DNA of 35,490 nt from Candidatus Nanopelagicales bacterium (GCA_021741845.1 JAIOWY010000003.1:1-35490), one strand, 5' to 3'; positions 17,499 to 28,285 are shown, numbered from the stretch's first letter. Numbers and translations are program-made. The notes: generated by a model not told the origin, from the letters alone.

Positions 17499-17554
17499 TA
17501 TGTATCACTTGCGCAGTGAGTATCCTTGGCGGTCACTAGGACGGAGGAGGTGTC

Positions 17555-18286
17555 ATGCGGCTCTTTCTCCTGACGCGCGCCATGCACTCCTCGGCTGAGG
17601 TCCTTCCCGCCTTGACGCTGTTAAATCACCAGGTCAAGGTGCTCACCGCTGAGCCATCTGCCCTCCTCGCAGTGGATTCGGCCGACGTCCTGTTGGTGGA
17701 CGGTCGCATTGACCTACCGGCGGTCAGAAGCTTCACTCGATTGCTGTTCGACACAGGCGCCGGAGCACCCATTATTTTGATCACCACCGAAGGGAACCTC
17801 ACCGCCGTCCAAGGTGATTGGGGCATTGACGATTTCATGCTGAACACAACGTCACCAGCGGAATTGGAGGCCCGCCTGCGCGTGGCCGTGGCCCGTCGGG
17901 CCGAGTCCTTGGGGCTGGCGGCGGACAGTAATCCTGAGCAACTCAGTCTCGGTGACCTGCATATTGACGAGGTCAGCTACTCCGTTCGCCTACGTGGACG
18001 CCCCCTTGATCTGACGTTCAAGGAATTTGAGTTATTGAAATACCTGGCGCATCATCCTGGCCGAGTTTTCACTCGCGCAATTTTGCTGCAGGAAGTTTGG
18101 GGCTACGACTACTTCGGTGGCACGCGAACGGTGGACGTTCATGTTCGCCGACTGAGGGCGAAACTTGGTTCTGAACATGAGGCCATGATCGGTACGGTGC
18201 GTAACGTGGGTTATCGATTTGTCACTGACGCAACCGACCCTGACACGACACTTACCGCCTCACCTTCATCCACGTCCGTTCTCTGA
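17555..18286 (+). CDS. glnR: Orphan OmpR-family nitrogen regulator GlnR
   Basis: [18 protein letters not shown] and [72 protein letters not shown]. Confidence 0.92.
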   Translation: MRLFLLTRAMHSSAEVLPALTLLNHQVKVLTAEPSALLAVDSADVLLVDGRIDLPAVRSFTRLLFDTGAGAPIILITTEGNLTAVQGDWGIDDFMLNTTSPAELEARLRVAVARRAESLGLAADSNPEQLSLGDLHIDEVSYSVRLRGRPLDLTFKEFELLKYLAHHPGRVFTRAILLQEVWGYDYFGGTRTVDVHVRRLRAKLGSEHEAMIGTVRNVGYRFVTDATDPDTTLTASPSSTSVL

Positions 18287-18299
18287 GAGTGGCGACATC

Positions 18300-19232
18300 A
18301 TGTCGACCAAGCTGGAACTGCACACCCGACAACTGTTAAGTCGTCATGAAATTCAAGCGGTCAGTGAACTCATTGAGGCTGCGACATCAGTTGATGGTGT
18401 TCGACCATTGAGTGAACACGCATGGCTTCACTTACGTCATGGTGGTGACACCCATGGTCATCATGTTCTTGCAACGAACGGTTCGGAAATCGTGGGCTAT
18501 GCCCACGTTGATACAACCGACAGTGTCGAGGGAACGAGCGCGGAACTGGTTGTTTCCCCAGTGCACCGGCATACGGGGATCGGTCGAGCACTCGTTCAGG
18601 AGGCAATAGATCTCTCGCCTGATGGCCGTCTGCGCTTGTGGGCGCACGGGGAAGCCAGCGGTGCGCGTGAACTCGCGCACGCCATGTCCTTTGACACCAC
18701 CCGATCACTCTGGCAAATGCGACGCTCCCTCTTTGCTCCGCTACCTGCTCTCGAGATTCCCGAGGGGGTTCGCATTCGAACATTTGACGTGGATCGGGAT
18801 AGCTCTGCTTGGCTCGACATCAATCAACGCGCATTCATTGACTTGCCGGACCAGAGCTCCTGGACCCAGCTGGACTTGGACATGCGCCTAGCTGAATCGT
18901 GGTTCACGCCCGAGGGATTCTTTATTGCTGAGAGCACTAGTGACTCGCAGCTACTGGGTTTTCACTGGACAAAAGTCCATGGTGGTGAGTTGGCTCCTGA
19001 TGGTCACCAGCACGACCCCATGGGTGAGATCTACGTTCTGGCGGTGGACCCTGACACCCGGATTCCGGGACTGGGACGAGCGCTGTCCTTGGTCGGCTTG
19101 AACTACCTCCGCAGCCTCGGGCTCACCCAAGCGATGCTGTATGTCGATGCCAATAACTCTCGGGCGATTTCACTCTATGAGGGGCTTGGTTTTGTCCATT
19201 GGGACACGGATGTCCTCTACCGGCGAGGCTAA
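18300..19232 (+). CDS. mshD: Mycothiol synthase (tandem GNAT)
   Basis: DGVRPLSE, AELVV.P.HR..GIG, WAHG, GFHWTKVH, GEIYVLAVDP and MLYVDANN. Start ATG 18300. Confidence 0.94.
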   Translation: MSTKLELHTRQLLSRHEIQAVSELIEAATSVDGVRPLSEHAWLHLRHGGDTHGHHVLATNGSEIVGYAHVDTTDSVEGTSAELVVSPVHRHTGIGRALVQEAIDLSPDGRLRLWAHGEASGARELAHAMSFDTTRSLWQMRRSLFAPLPALEIPEGVRIRTFDVDRDSSAWLDINQRAFIDLPDQSSWTQLDLDMRLAESWFTPEGFFIAESTSDSQLLGFHWTKVHGGELAPDGHQHDPMGEIYVLAVDPDTRIPGLGRALSLVGLNYLRSLGLTQAMLYVDANNSRAISLYEGLGFVHWDTDVLYRRG

Positions 19233-19292
19233 TTTTCCGATTATCAATCTCTCGTTTACATACGCGCTACCCCGGCGTGGGACGATACCTCC

Positions 19293-21476
19293 ATGAGCAT
19301 TTCCGACTTCACCGCCGATGGACCCCCCACCAGCGAAATGGCTGCCATCATTTTGCGAGACGGCCTGGAGTCGGACCTCCCCGCTGACCGCTTCCTTGAC
19401 CGTGAGCTCTCCTGGTTGGCTTTCAATAAACGCGTGTTGGAATTGGCAGAAGACCCCGGGCTCCCGCTATTGGACCGCACTAAATTCCTTGCCATTTTCG
19501 CCAGCAACCTCGACGAATTTTTTATGGTCCGGGTGGCCGGGCTCAAGCGCCGGATTGCCACCGGAATTGCCGTGCGCGCCGCGAGCGGCTTAACTCCCCG
19601 CGAAGTATTGGAAAACATTTGGGAGCGAGCTTATGCACTGCAACGTCAACAGGCGGATTTCTTTCTCAACACGATTCGGCCTGAGCTCAGTGAAGCCGGC
19701 ATCGAACTACTCCGCTGGGAGCAGTTGACTCCAGCGGAAAAAATGGACATGGATTTGTTTTTCGATGCCCAAATATTCCCGGTGCTCACCCCACTTGCCG
19801 TGGATCCCTCGCACCCATTTCCCTACATCAGTGGACTCTCCTTGAACCTCGCTGTTGTTGTGCGTAACCCGACAACGGGAAACAAGCTTTTTGCCCGTGT
19901 CAAAGTTCCACCACTTCTACCGCGATTCCTCGAGGTTGCCCCGCAGCGTTATGTTCCACTAGAAGATGTCATTGCTGCGCACCTTGACGAACTTTTCCCG
20001 GGCATGGAGGTGTGTGAACACCACGCGTTCCGTGTCACGCGCAATGAAGACGTTGAGGTGGAAGAGGACGATGCAGAGAATCTGCTGAAGGCGCTCGAGC
20101 GTGAGCTTGTTCGCCGCCGATTCGGTCCACCTGTCCGACTTGAAGTTGAAGAAAATATTGACCCTTATGTGCTCGAACTTCTCGTTAGCGAACTCGATAT
20201 CAGTGAGTTAGAGGTCTATCGCCTTCCCGGACCACTTGATCTCACCGGCTTGTGGACAATCGTCAGTCTGGACCGAGACGATCTCAAGCAACGCAAATTT
20301 GTTCCCAAGACATCTCGCGCTCTTTCTGACGTCGAGAGTGCAACGGCACCAGATATCTTGAGCATCGTTCGAGAGAAAGACGTTCTTCTGCACCACCCTT
20401 ACGACTCTTTTTCTACGAGCGTGCAGTTGTTCTTGGAGCAGGCAGCACATGATCCGCATGTACTCGCCATTAAGCAGACTCTGTACCGAACGTCAGGTGA
20501 TTCGCCGATTGTCGATGCCCTGATCCAAGCAGCTGAAGAAGGCAAACAAGTTCTCGCGCTGGTGGAAATTAAGGCGCGATTCGACGAACAAAACAATATT
20601 GACTGGGCTCGTAAATTGGAGCAAGCCGGTGTTCACGTTGTGTATGGACTCGTGGGATTGAAAACCCACAGCAAGCTCTCCATGGTGGTTCGCAACGACG
20701 GTGACCAACTACGTCGTTACTGCCATATTGGTACGGGCAACTACCACCCCAAGACGGCCCGGCTGTATGAGGACTTTGGGTTACTCACCAGTGACCCCGA
20801 AGTAGGTGAAGATGTTTCCAACCTCTTCAATGTGCTCTCCGGATACTCCATGAACACGGATTACAACCGCCTCCTGGTGGCTCCCCATTCGGTGCGTAAT
20901 GGACTCATTGCTCGCATTGAGCGCGAAATCGAGCACCACCTCGAAGGTCGACCCTCAGGTATCCGCATTAAATGCAACTCACTGGTGGACGAGGCAATCA
21001 TTGACGCGCTGTACCGAGCATCACAGGCGGGAGTCCCCGTCGACATTTGGGTGCGGGGAATCTGCGCCATGCGCCCTGGTGTTCCTGGTCTGAGTGAAAC
21101 AACTCGGGTGATTAGTATTTTGGGACGGTTCCTCGAACACAGTCGGGTCTACGCCTTTGCCAACGGCGGCAACCCCTCGGTCTGGATCGGGTCCGCCGAC
21201 CTGATGCACCGCAACCTCGACCGCCGCGTAGAGACACTGGTCAGTTTGGCTGACCCTGAACAGATTGCCGAGGTTGAGGGGATCCTGGATCTGGGATTCG
21301 CGCCAACGACAGCGGCGTGGGACCTCAACCCTGATGGCTCGTGGACCCGACGCCTCTACGCGGAGGACGGCACCCGACTCACCGATATCCAGGAACTCCT
21401 GATTGCCATTAAGAGTCGACGGGGAACACCACTGGAAGCAACCGGTGAACTCGAGGTGATGGGGGATCGCGCCTAG
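19293..21476 (+). CDS. ppk1: Polyphosphate kinase 1
   Basis: [46 protein letters not shown] and [15 protein letters not shown]. Confidence 0.97.
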   Translation: MSISDFTADGPPTSEMAAIILRDGLESDLPADRFLDRELSWLAFNKRVLELAEDPGLPLLDRTKFLAIFASNLDEFFMVRVAGLKRRIATGIAVRAASGLTPREVLENIWERAYALQRQQADFFLNTIRPELSEAGIELLRWEQLTPAEKMDMDLFFDAQIFPVLTPLAVDPSHPFPYISGLSLNLAVVVRNPTTGNKLFARVKVPPLLPRFLEVAPQRYVPLEDVIAAHLDELFPGMEVCEHHAFRVTRNEDVEVEEDDAENLLKALERELVRRRFGPPVRLEVEENIDPYVLELLVSELDISELEVYRLPGPLDLTGLWTIVSLDRDDLKQRKFVPKTSRALSDVESATAPDILSIVREKDVLLHHPYDSFSTSVQLFLEQAAHDPHVLAIKQTLYRTSGDSPIVDALIQAAEEGKQVLALVEIKARFDEQNNIDWARKLEQAGVHVVYGLVGLKTHSKLSMVVRNDGDQLRRYCHIGTGNYHPKTARLYEDFGLLTSDPEVGEDVSNLFNVLSGYSMNTDYNRLLVAPHSVRNGLIARIEREIEHHLEGRPSGIRIKCNSLVDEAIIDALYRASQAGVPVDIWVRGICAMRPGVPGLSETTRVISILGRFLEHSRVYAFANGGNPSVWIGSADLMHRNLDRRVETLVSLADPEQIAEVEGILDLGFAPTTAAWDLNPDGSWTRRLYAEDGTRLTDIQELLIAIKSRRGTPLEATGELEVMGDRA

Positions 21477-21495
21477 ATCGAGGTAGGTTAGGCAT

Positions 21496-22866
21496 ATGAC
21501 CAGCACGGTAGCCGGAACGCACCGCGAGGTGGAGTTCAAGTTCCGGGTCCCCGAGGACTTCCCCTTGGCTGCCCTGCTCCAGGGTGAGTTCCACGGTGTC
21601 GCGGAACCGGATCGCCACATGAAGGCCACCTACTTCGACACCACTGACGCCACCCTGCTGCGCTGGGGTATCACGCTGCGTCACCGAACCGGCGGATCAG
21701 ATGACGGATGGCACCTGAAGATTCCGGTGGACCGAAGCCAGGCAGTCTCCGGAGCCAGTGTCCGCCAAGAATTGCACTCGAATGAACCAGCCGGGACTCC
21801 GCCCGCGGAATTTTTAAGCGTGGTCGGTGCACTCCTTCGCGAGGCGGAACTCGTCCCGCTCGCCACGGTGGAGACACAACGGACTCCTTATCTGATCCGC
21901 GTCGACGGTGAACCTGCACTCGAAATTGTGAGTGACCGCGTTCGCGTGTATCGGGGATCTGACGTGGTTGACAGTTTCCGAGAGATTGAAGTCGAACTAC
22001 TGTCCGCGGATGCGCTACCGGCAGCAAAAACATTTGTCCGTTCGCTGCGCACTGCGGGGGCTGAGGAAAGCTCAGTCAGTAAGGCGGCCGCCGCCTTTGG
22101 TGGTGCGGCAGCGCGGCAACCTGATATTCCAGCGCTCCCACGCCCCCGCAAGTCCGCCTTGCCGTACGACATTATTCGCTGGGCAATCACCAAACAGGCA
22201 CGCCGACTACTCCTAGCCGAGGTTGAATCACACCTAGTCCAGACTCCGCAGCGTTTGGTGGGCGAACTCCAGAACATGCGTCAACTGCTCACTATCCTGC
22301 ACAATTTCCTTGACGCGGCGGAGACACAGGAAGTAATTGGCGAGATTGACTGGCTCCTGACCGAAATGTCCTCACCTACTCAGGTAACACGTGACCAGGA
22401 GATCGCCCTTGCTGCGATTTCCTTGATTGACGATCCACTCGATCGCCATGAAGCAACGATTGCTGTGGAGGATTTCTTTAGCAGCCGTGCTGCGTCAGCA
22501 CAGTCAAGTGCTGTTGCGGCCCAACGCAGTGACCGGTACATGTATTTCTTTAGTGACATCATGGACTTTGCCACGGTACCTCCGGTCACGGAACGTGCTT
22601 ATGTACCAGGGAAATTGTGGCCACATATTGATGCGACAGATCGATTCGCAGCGGCGGAAATTTTCCACAAGGTATATCCGAAAAAGGCACGACGAATACT
22701 CCAGCATTCCGTGCGCGCGCAATCAGATTCTGATGCCCGTGACATTCATCAACTACTCAGAAGAATTGCGCTGCATTCCTCCTCCGGATCTGCGGCCTCC
22801 TTTGCGCTCGGGATTGCCGTGGGTGAGTCAGGCCGGGTAGGTAACACGGATAGGAGGCACCCATGA
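21496..22866 (+). CDS. CYTH domain protein with a degenerate CHAD-like C-terminus
   Basis: REVEFKF (ExExK), YFDT...LR.GITLRHR.G..D.GWHLK and FREIEVEL. The C-terminal half retains only traces of CHAD. Leaderless layout TAGGTT-N6-ATG. Confidence 0.82.
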   Translation: MTSTVAGTHREVEFKFRVPEDFPLAALLQGEFHGVAEPDRHMKATYFDTTDATLLRWGITLRHRTGGSDDGWHLKIPVDRSQAVSGASVRQELHSNEPAGTPPAEFLSVVGALLREAELVPLATVETQRTPYLIRVDGEPALEIVSDRVRVYRGSDVVDSFREIEVELLSADALPAAKTFVRSLRTAGAEESSVSKAAAAFGGAAARQPDIPALPRPRKSALPYDIIRWAITKQARRLLLAEVESHLVQTPQRLVGELQNMRQLLTILHNFLDAAETQEVIGEIDWLLTEMSSPTQVTRDQEIALAAISLIDDPLDRHEATIAVEDFFSSRAASAQSSAVAAQRSDRYMYFFSDIMDFATVPPVTERAYVPGKLWPHIDATDRFAAAEIFHKVYPKKARRILQHSVRAQSDSDARDIHQLLRRIALHSSSGSAASFALGIAVGESGRVGNTDRRHP

Positions 22867-23783
22867 GTAAGCCGATCATGGCCGGCGGCGTTGTCACCTT
22901 GCAAGACCAGAAGGTGCTGCTTGTGCATCGTCCTCGATACGACGACTGGTCATTCCCCAAAGGCAAGGTAGACGGCAACGAGTTGTTTCCCGTTACCGCT
23001 GTTCGCGAGTGTGACGAGGAAACCGGTTATTCCGTTAACTTGGGTCCACATTTAGGAATTGATCGCTATTCCGTTCCTGAGGGAGACAAACACGTTCACT
23101 ATTGGGCTGCCCGCGTGCGGGAGAATGTCGGGTTTGCCCCGGACGAGGAAGTGGACCAGATCGCTTGGGTCCCTTTTTCTGAGGCTCCCCACAGATTGAC
23201 GTACAAACAAGACCGAAAATTCCTGGAACGTGCACTGGCTCTTCCAGAGACAAGTCCGCTGATTATTTTGCGACACGCGAAAGCCATGAAACGTAGTGAC
23301 TTTCACACCGCGGAGGAGTCCGTATCGGATTCATTGCGCCCACTCTCCGGCAAGGGGCGTCGGCAAAGCAAAATTCTGGTGGACGCGCTCGATGCTTATG
23401 GAATTGAGAATCTCGTGTCCTCTCCCTATGTTCGTTGCCGGGAGACACTTCACCGGTATGCGAAATTCCTTGGCACCAAAATTGAAGTGAGCGATCCATT
23501 GAGTGAGTCGGGTCACGAGCATGACCCAGCAGCGACCGCGGAGGTTGTCACGGAGGTACTTCGTAACCCGTTACCGTCGGTGCTGTGCTCGCACCGTCCG
23601 GTGCTGGGCACGATCATGGCCACCGTATCCGAGCAGTTCGGCTTTCGCTCCGAGGACGGGGAATCGGGAATCTGGGGGGCCAAGCTCTCGCCGGGCGCCT
23701 TTGTGGTGGTTCATCGGCACTTTCTGCCCGACGGCTCTGTGACTCTGGTGAATATTGAGCACCATGATGTGCCGGGGAACTAA
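22863..23783 (+). CDS. mutT1: NUDIX hydrolase fused to a histidine-phosphatase domain (MutT1-like)
   Basis: HRPRYDDWSFPKGK, Nudix box G-x5-E-x7-RECDEETG, then LRHAKA, SSPYVRCRET and CSH. Confidence 0.85.
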   Translation: MSKPIMAGGVVTLQDQKVLLVHRPRYDDWSFPKGKVDGNELFPVTAVRECDEETGYSVNLGPHLGIDRYSVPEGDKHVHYWAARVRENVGFAPDEEVDQIAWVPFSEAPHRLTYKQDRKFLERALALPETSPLIILRHAKAMKRSDFHTAEESVSDSLRPLSGKGRRQSKILVDALDAYGIENLVSSPYVRCRETLHRYAKFLGTKIEVSDPLSESGHEHDPAATAEVVTEVLRNPLPSVLCSHRPVLGTIMATVSEQFGFRSEDGESGIWGAKLSPGAFVVVHRHFLPDGSVTLVNIEHHDVPGN

Positions 23784-23795
23784 CTAGGTCGAGAG

Positions 23796-23861
23796 GTTCG
23801 TCTGGTGTACATCTTTTGTTCACCTCCCGTTCACTTTATGTGATCATTGTGTCCACCCAAG
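23796..23861 (+). promoter_or_regulatory. Six phased 11-nt PHO-box units upstream of pstS
   Basis: GTTCGTCTGGT GTACATCTTTT GTTCACCTCCC GTTCACTTTAT GTGATCATTGT GTCCACCCAAG. Candidate -10 TAATTT at 23867-23872. Confidence 0.85.
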
Positions 23862-23936
23862 AGACCTAATTTCAGCCGTGATGGTGAATTCACACCAGCC
23901 AAAGTGAACCAATGGAAAACGAAGTGGAGACACAAC

Positions 23937-24902
23937 ATGTCTATGCGGCAGACAAGGGCGACGGCAGTACTGGGATTAGGTGCAGCAGCAGTGCTCACCC
24001 TCACCGCCTGTGGTGGATCGAATAACGCCAGCAGCACCGATGGTGAATCCGGCAGCGTCCGCATTGACGGCTCGTCCACCGTCTACCCGCTCACCGCTGT
24101 CGCTGCTGAGGACTTCCAAGTGGCTAATCCTGGTGTCCGGGTGACCGTCGGTTCCTCGGGTACCGGTGGTGGTTTTGAAAAGTTCTGTCGTGGTGAAACA
24201 GATGCCAATGACGCATCACGCCCCATCAAGGACGACGAAGTAGCCAACTGTGAAGCCAATGGAATTGATTTCGCTTCACTCACCATGGCGATTGATGCCC
24301 TCACCGTTGTTGTCAACAAAGACAATGACTGGGCTACCTGTCTCACCACTGATCAACTCGCCCAAATATGGTCACCGGAATCAACCGTCACGAATTGGAA
24401 TCAGGTCGACCCTGCATTCCCCGACGAACCCGTTGCGTTATTTGGACCCGGTACTGACTCGGGCACCTTTGACTACTTCACCGAGGAAATAAATGGCGAG
24501 TCTGGTGCAAGCCGTACCGACTACACACCCAGTGAAGACGACAACGTGATTGTCCAAGGAGTCAGCGGTAGCAAGGGTGGCTTGGGGTACTTCGGTTACA
24601 CCTACTTTGAGGAGAACGCGGATTCCCTGAAGGCGCTCTCCATTGATTCCGGAGCCGGGTGTGTTGCACCCAGCGTTGAGACGGCTCGGGACGGTTCCTA
24701 CACACCGCTGGCACGCCCGCTCTTTGTCTATGTCTCGGGACCAGCATTACAACGTCCCGAGGTTGGAAACTTCTTCCAATACTTTGTTGACAACAATGTT
24801 TCCATTGCTGAATCAGCTCTGTACATTCCGTTGAGCGAAGAAGGCCAAGCACAGCTCGTGGACGATTTCGCCGCGCTTGAGTCAATGGGTGGAGCTGAGT
24901 AA
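23937..24902 (+). CDS. pstS: Phosphate ABC transporter substrate-binding lipoprotein
   Basis: Lipobox LTA-C, IDGSSTVYP, SGTGGGF, ASRPIK, DSGTFDYF, SEDDN and YTPLARPLF. SD GGAG before ATG 23937. Confidence 0.95.
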   Translation: MSMRQTRATAVLGLGAAAVLTLTACGGSNNASSTDGESGSVRIDGSSTVYPLTAVAAEDFQVANPGVRVTVGSSGTGGGFEKFCRGETDANDASRPIKDDEVANCEANGIDFASLTMAIDALTVVVNKDNDWATCLTTDQLAQIWSPESTVTNWNQVDPAFPDEPVALFGPGTDSGTFDYFTEEINGESGASRTDYTPSEDDNVIVQGVSGSKGGLGYFGYTYFEENADSLKALSIDSGAGCVAPSVETARDGSYTPLARPLFVYVSGPALQRPEVGNFFQYFVDNNVSIAESALYIPLSEEGQAQLVDDFAALESMGGAE

Positions 24903-24909
24903 TTAACTC

Positions 24910-25845
24910 ATGAGCACCCAGATCTCTCCGTCGACTGCCGCAGCGAATCCGCTGCGGCAGTCGAAGCATCACTACGGGGAGCGCATTGTTCGAGGATCAC
25001 TCCTCGTTGCTGCGATTGTCTCGGTGCTCACCACCTTTGGCATTGTCCTTTCCCTTCTCATCCCCTCCATTGAATTCTTTGCCGAGATACCCCTGGGCGA
25101 CTTCCTATTCGGCACGGTATGGACTCCCCTGTTTGCCAACGGCGAATTTGGCGTGCTGCCATTGGTGAGTGGCACCTTGGTTATTACAGGTATCGCGGTC
25201 ATTGTGGCGATACCGCTCGGACTGGGTTCGGCCATTTACCTTTCCGAGTACGCGTCACCGCGGGTGCGTAAGGTGCTCAAGCCCACACTGGAAGTCCTGG
25301 CCGGCATTCCCACCGTTGTGTTCGGCTTCTTTGCACTGGAGTTTCTCACTCAACTCATACTGGTCAAGATCTTCCCGGGTATCGAGGTGTTTAATGCGCT
25401 GTCCGCCGGAATCATTATGGGAATCATGATTATTCCGACCATTGCTTCTCTCTCCGAAGACGCCATGGCCGCCGTTCCCGGCGGCTTGCGCGACGGCGCT
25501 TATGCACTGGGTTCGACAAGGCGACAGACGGCCATGAAAGTCGTGATCCCCGCGGCACTGTCCGGCATTGTGGCGGCATTTGTGCTTGGCATCTCTCGCG
25601 CCATTGGTGAAACCATGATTGTCACGGTGGCAGCGGGACTGCAGCCCCAACTGAGTTTGAACCCGCTCATTGGCATGCAGACCATGACCTCTTACATTGC
25701 AGCGGCCGGCTCAGGTGACCTCGCCACCGGCTCCATCGAGTACAAATCGATTTTTGCGGTGGGGTTATTACTGTTTGTGTTGACGTTCATTATGAACATC
25801 TTTAGCGTGCGCCTGGTTCGCCGTTTTAGGCAGGTGTACCAGTGA
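24910..25845 (+). CDS. pstC: Phosphate ABC transporter permease
   Basis: AIYLSEYA, EVLAGIPTVVFGFFAL, SLSEDAM.AVP and SRAIGETM. Confidence 0.95.
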   Translation: MSTQISPSTAAANPLRQSKHHYGERIVRGSLLVAAIVSVLTTFGIVLSLLIPSIEFFAEIPLGDFLFGTVWTPLFANGEFGVLPLVSGTLVITGIAVIVAIPLGLGSAIYLSEYASPRVRKVLKPTLEVLAGIPTVVFGFFALEFLTQLILVKIFPGIEVFNALSAGIIMGIMIIPTIASLSEDAMAAVPGGLRDGAYALGSTRRQTAMKVVIPAALSGIVAAFVLGISRAIGETMIVTVAAGLQPQLSLNPLIGMQTMTSYIAAAGSGDLATGSIEYKSIFAVGLLLFVLTFIMNIFSVRLVRRFRQVYQ

Positions 25846-26729
25846 GCCTTATCTCCCAGAATGCACCGATCAGTTTGTCCAGTAAAGGCACACCCTTACG
25901 CGACCGAATATTCATGTGGTCACTGTTCTTTGCCTTGGCGGTGGGAGTTTTCACCCTCGCCGTCTTGCTCATTTACGTCACTATCAAGGGATGGCCGCGA
26001 CTTGATTTGCGGTTGATCACCAATATGCCCTCCGTTAGGGATCCAGAAACCGCCGGCGCTCAATCAGCTCTGACCGGATCAATCTGGGTTATTGCCTTCA
26101 CCGCTCTCATTGCACTGCCCTTGGGAATCATGGCGGCTTTGTACCTTGAGGAATTTTCACGACCCACTAGTCGATTCCAGCGATTCATTGAAGTGAATAT
26201 TCAAAACCTCGCCGCCGTTCCGTCCATTGTTTATGGAATCCTGGGCCTAGCGGTTTTTGCCCGCGCACTGGCCTTAGGCCAAAGCGTGATTACCGCGGCA
26301 CTGACGTTGGCACTGCTGGTTCTCCCGGTGATCATCATTTCCACACGCGAGGCACTGCGCGCTGTTCCCCGCAGTATTCGCGATGGCTCGCTCGCATTGG
26401 GGGCTACCGAGTGGCAAACGGCGTACCGACAAACGTTGCCCGCCGCAACTCCCGGTATTGCCACCGGTGTGATCCTGGCCCTGTCTCGCGCCATTGGCGA
26501 GGCTGCACCACTGCTCCTGCTCGGAGCTGTCTCATTCATCACGTTCAACCCCGACGGAATTCTGTCGAACTACACCACCATGCCTATTCAAATTTTCAAC
26601 TGGACTAAAGACTCCCGCGAGGAGTTCCAAGTTCTCGCTGCCGCAACCATTGTTTTACTGCTCGTCATTTTGCTTGCCATGAACTTTGTGGCGATTTGGA
26701 TCAGAAATAGAACCCAGAAGCGCTGGTAA
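25842..26729 (+). CDS. pstA: Phosphate ABC transporter permease
   Basis: [31 protein letters not shown] and [13 protein letters not shown] overlap with pstC. Confidence 0.95.
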   Translation: MSLISQNAPISLSSKGTPLRDRIFMWSLFFALAVGVFTLAVLLIYVTIKGWPRLDLRLITNMPSVRDPETAGAQSALTGSIWVIAFTALIALPLGIMAALYLEEFSRPTSRFQRFIEVNIQNLAAVPSIVYGILGLAVFARALALGQSVITAALTLALLVLPVIIISTREALRAVPRSIRDGSLALGATEWQTAYRQTLPAATPGIATGVILALSRAIGEAAPLLLLGAVSFITFNPDGILSNYTTMPIQIFNWTKDSREEFQVLAAATIVLLLVILLAMNFVAIWIRNRTQKRW

Positions 26730-26757
26730 TAACGTGTCGTTTCCAAGAGAGGCCAAT

Positions 26758-27612
26758 ATGAACACCACCGGTGACATGCCTGTGCACCTGAGTGACTCAC
26801 TACTGGGTCGAGGATCCTCCATTCCCCTTGACGTGCATGATCCCGTATTCGCGCTCGACAACGTCAGCGTGTACTACGGTGACTACGAAGCAATCCGTAA
26901 CGTGACCCTACCGATTGCCAAGAATGAAATCACCGCGTTCATTGGACCCAGTGGCTGCGGTAAGTCCACACTCTTGCGTTCATTCAATCGAATGAACGAT
27001 CTAATCCCCGGCGCCCGCGTTGAGGGACTCATTTCCTACCACGGCACCGATATTTACGGCCTAGACGTTGACCCCATTGAGGTTCGCCGACGTATTGGCA
27101 TGGTGTTCCAAAAGCCAAATGTTTTCCCTAAGTCCATCTACGACAATGTTGCCTACGGACCCAAAGTCAACGGCATCAAAGGAAATATGGACGACCTGGT
27201 GGAAGAGTGCCTGACGCGCGCGGCTCTATGGAATGAAGTCAAAGACGATCTCAAGAAGAGCGCCTACGCGCTCTCTGGTGGACAGCAACAGCGGCTCGTG
27301 ATTGCCCGCTGTATCGCCGTCAAGCCCGAGGTGATTTTGATGGACGAGCCCTGTGCATCTTTGGACCCCATTGCCACAGCGAAGATTGAAGATCTCATGG
27401 CAGAGTTGGCGCAGGAATACACAATCGTGATCGTGACACACAATATGCAGCAGGCGGCCCGTGTCTCCGACCGTACGGCATTCTTCACCGCGGAATTGGA
27501 TGACAACGGTGTGCGTCACGGCCGCCTCGTGGAGTTTGGCCCCACCCGAGAACTATTTAGCTCCCCTAGTGACCCCCGGACGGAGGACTACATCTCTGGT
27601 CGCTTTGGATAG
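26758..27612 (+). CDS. pstB: Phosphate ABC transporter ATP-binding protein
   Basis: [48 protein letters not shown] and [13 protein letters not shown] 26758 follows AGAGG. Confidence 0.96.
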   Translation: MNTTGDMPVHLSDSLLGRGSSIPLDVHDPVFALDNVSVYYGDYEAIRNVTLPIAKNEITAFIGPSGCGKSTLLRSFNRMNDLIPGARVEGLISYHGTDIYGLDVDPIEVRRRIGMVFQKPNVFPKSIYDNVAYGPKVNGIKGNMDDLVEECLTRAALWNEVKDDLKKSAYALSGGQQQRLVIARCIAVKPEVILMDEPCASLDPIATAKIEDLMAELAQEYTIVIVTHNMQQAARVSDRTAFFTAELDDNGVRHGRLVEFGPTRELFSSPSDPRTEDYISGRFG

Positions 27613-27616
27613 ACCT

Positions 27617-28285
27617 ATGAACCGTCCGGCACTCCTGCTGCTGACCTTGGTCGCGCTGAGTGCTTGCGCGCCCACCGCCCCGGTGAACCCCCAGTCAAGC
27701 CCCTCACCTAATCCACTCGACAACGCGATCGAAGCGACCGCCTCTCGGGGGACGGCCGCCCTGTCCGTCGAGATTGTGAGTGACTCCGACGTACTCACCG
27801 GCCGCGGGCGCACCTCACTGACCTCCGGTCGAGGCATGATCGAATGGACGAACCAATCGGATGCAACGACAACGACGGAACTCACCAGCCGCGATGGTCT
27901 CTACACACAGATTGATGGTGATTGGTTTGTGGCGCCGGTAGGTACGGTCAGTCCCACGTCAGGTTTCCTCAACCCCCTGGGTGTCCTCACAGAGCTCACC
28001 CCCACCAGCAATCCAGCAGACGGGACCCTGTCCGGGACCGCGCCCCTGACCTTGGAGAGCGGACTCAACTTCTCCGAAGAGGATTTGGTGAATCTCCCTG
28101 GCGATTGCCCACCGGTTGTTCAGGTGAGTGTTGACCTGGATAGTGCCGGACTGATTACCCGGGTGAGTCAGGAGTTTGTCTGTCCCGGTAATAACCGACT
28201 CAGCGTGGTGCAGTTGAGTGACCTAGGGATTTCTTTGGACCTACCAGAACCAACGGACGCTATCGAGGTTCCCGGCAACCAGTAA
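27617..28285 (+). CDS. Hypothetical lipoprotein (possibly LppX/LprAFG-like beta fold)
   Basis: MNRPALLLLTLVALSA-C lipobox, Pro/Ser linker and beta-rich body. Starts 4 nt after the pstB stop. The fold assignment is a guess. Confidence 0.65.
   Translation: MNRPALLLLTLVALSACAPTAPVNPQSSPSPNPLDNAIEATASRGTAALSVEIVSDSDVLTGRGRTSLTSGRGMIEWTNQSDATTTTELTSRDGLYTQIDGDWFVAPVGTVSPTSGFLNPLGVLTELTPTSNPADGTLSGTAPLTLESGLNFSEEDLVNLPGDCPPVVQVSVDLDSAGLITRVSQEFVCPGNNRLSVVQLSDLGISLDLPEPTDAIEVPGNQ

Noticed and set aside
19233-19292. PHO box upstream of ppk1 (GTTTACA)
   Set aside because: One degenerate half-site with no phased partner.
3384-27616. Long N-terminal extensions in the ORF track for DUF554 (3587), asparaginase (12937), ygfZ (14357), nur (14830), nitrobindin (15357), DUF167 (17491), mshD (18219), pstS (23847), pstB (26686) and the lipoprotein (27461)
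   Set aside because: They overlap neighbouring genes or regulatory DNA. Downstream starts fit SD or leaderless signals, stop-start coupling and family N-termini better.
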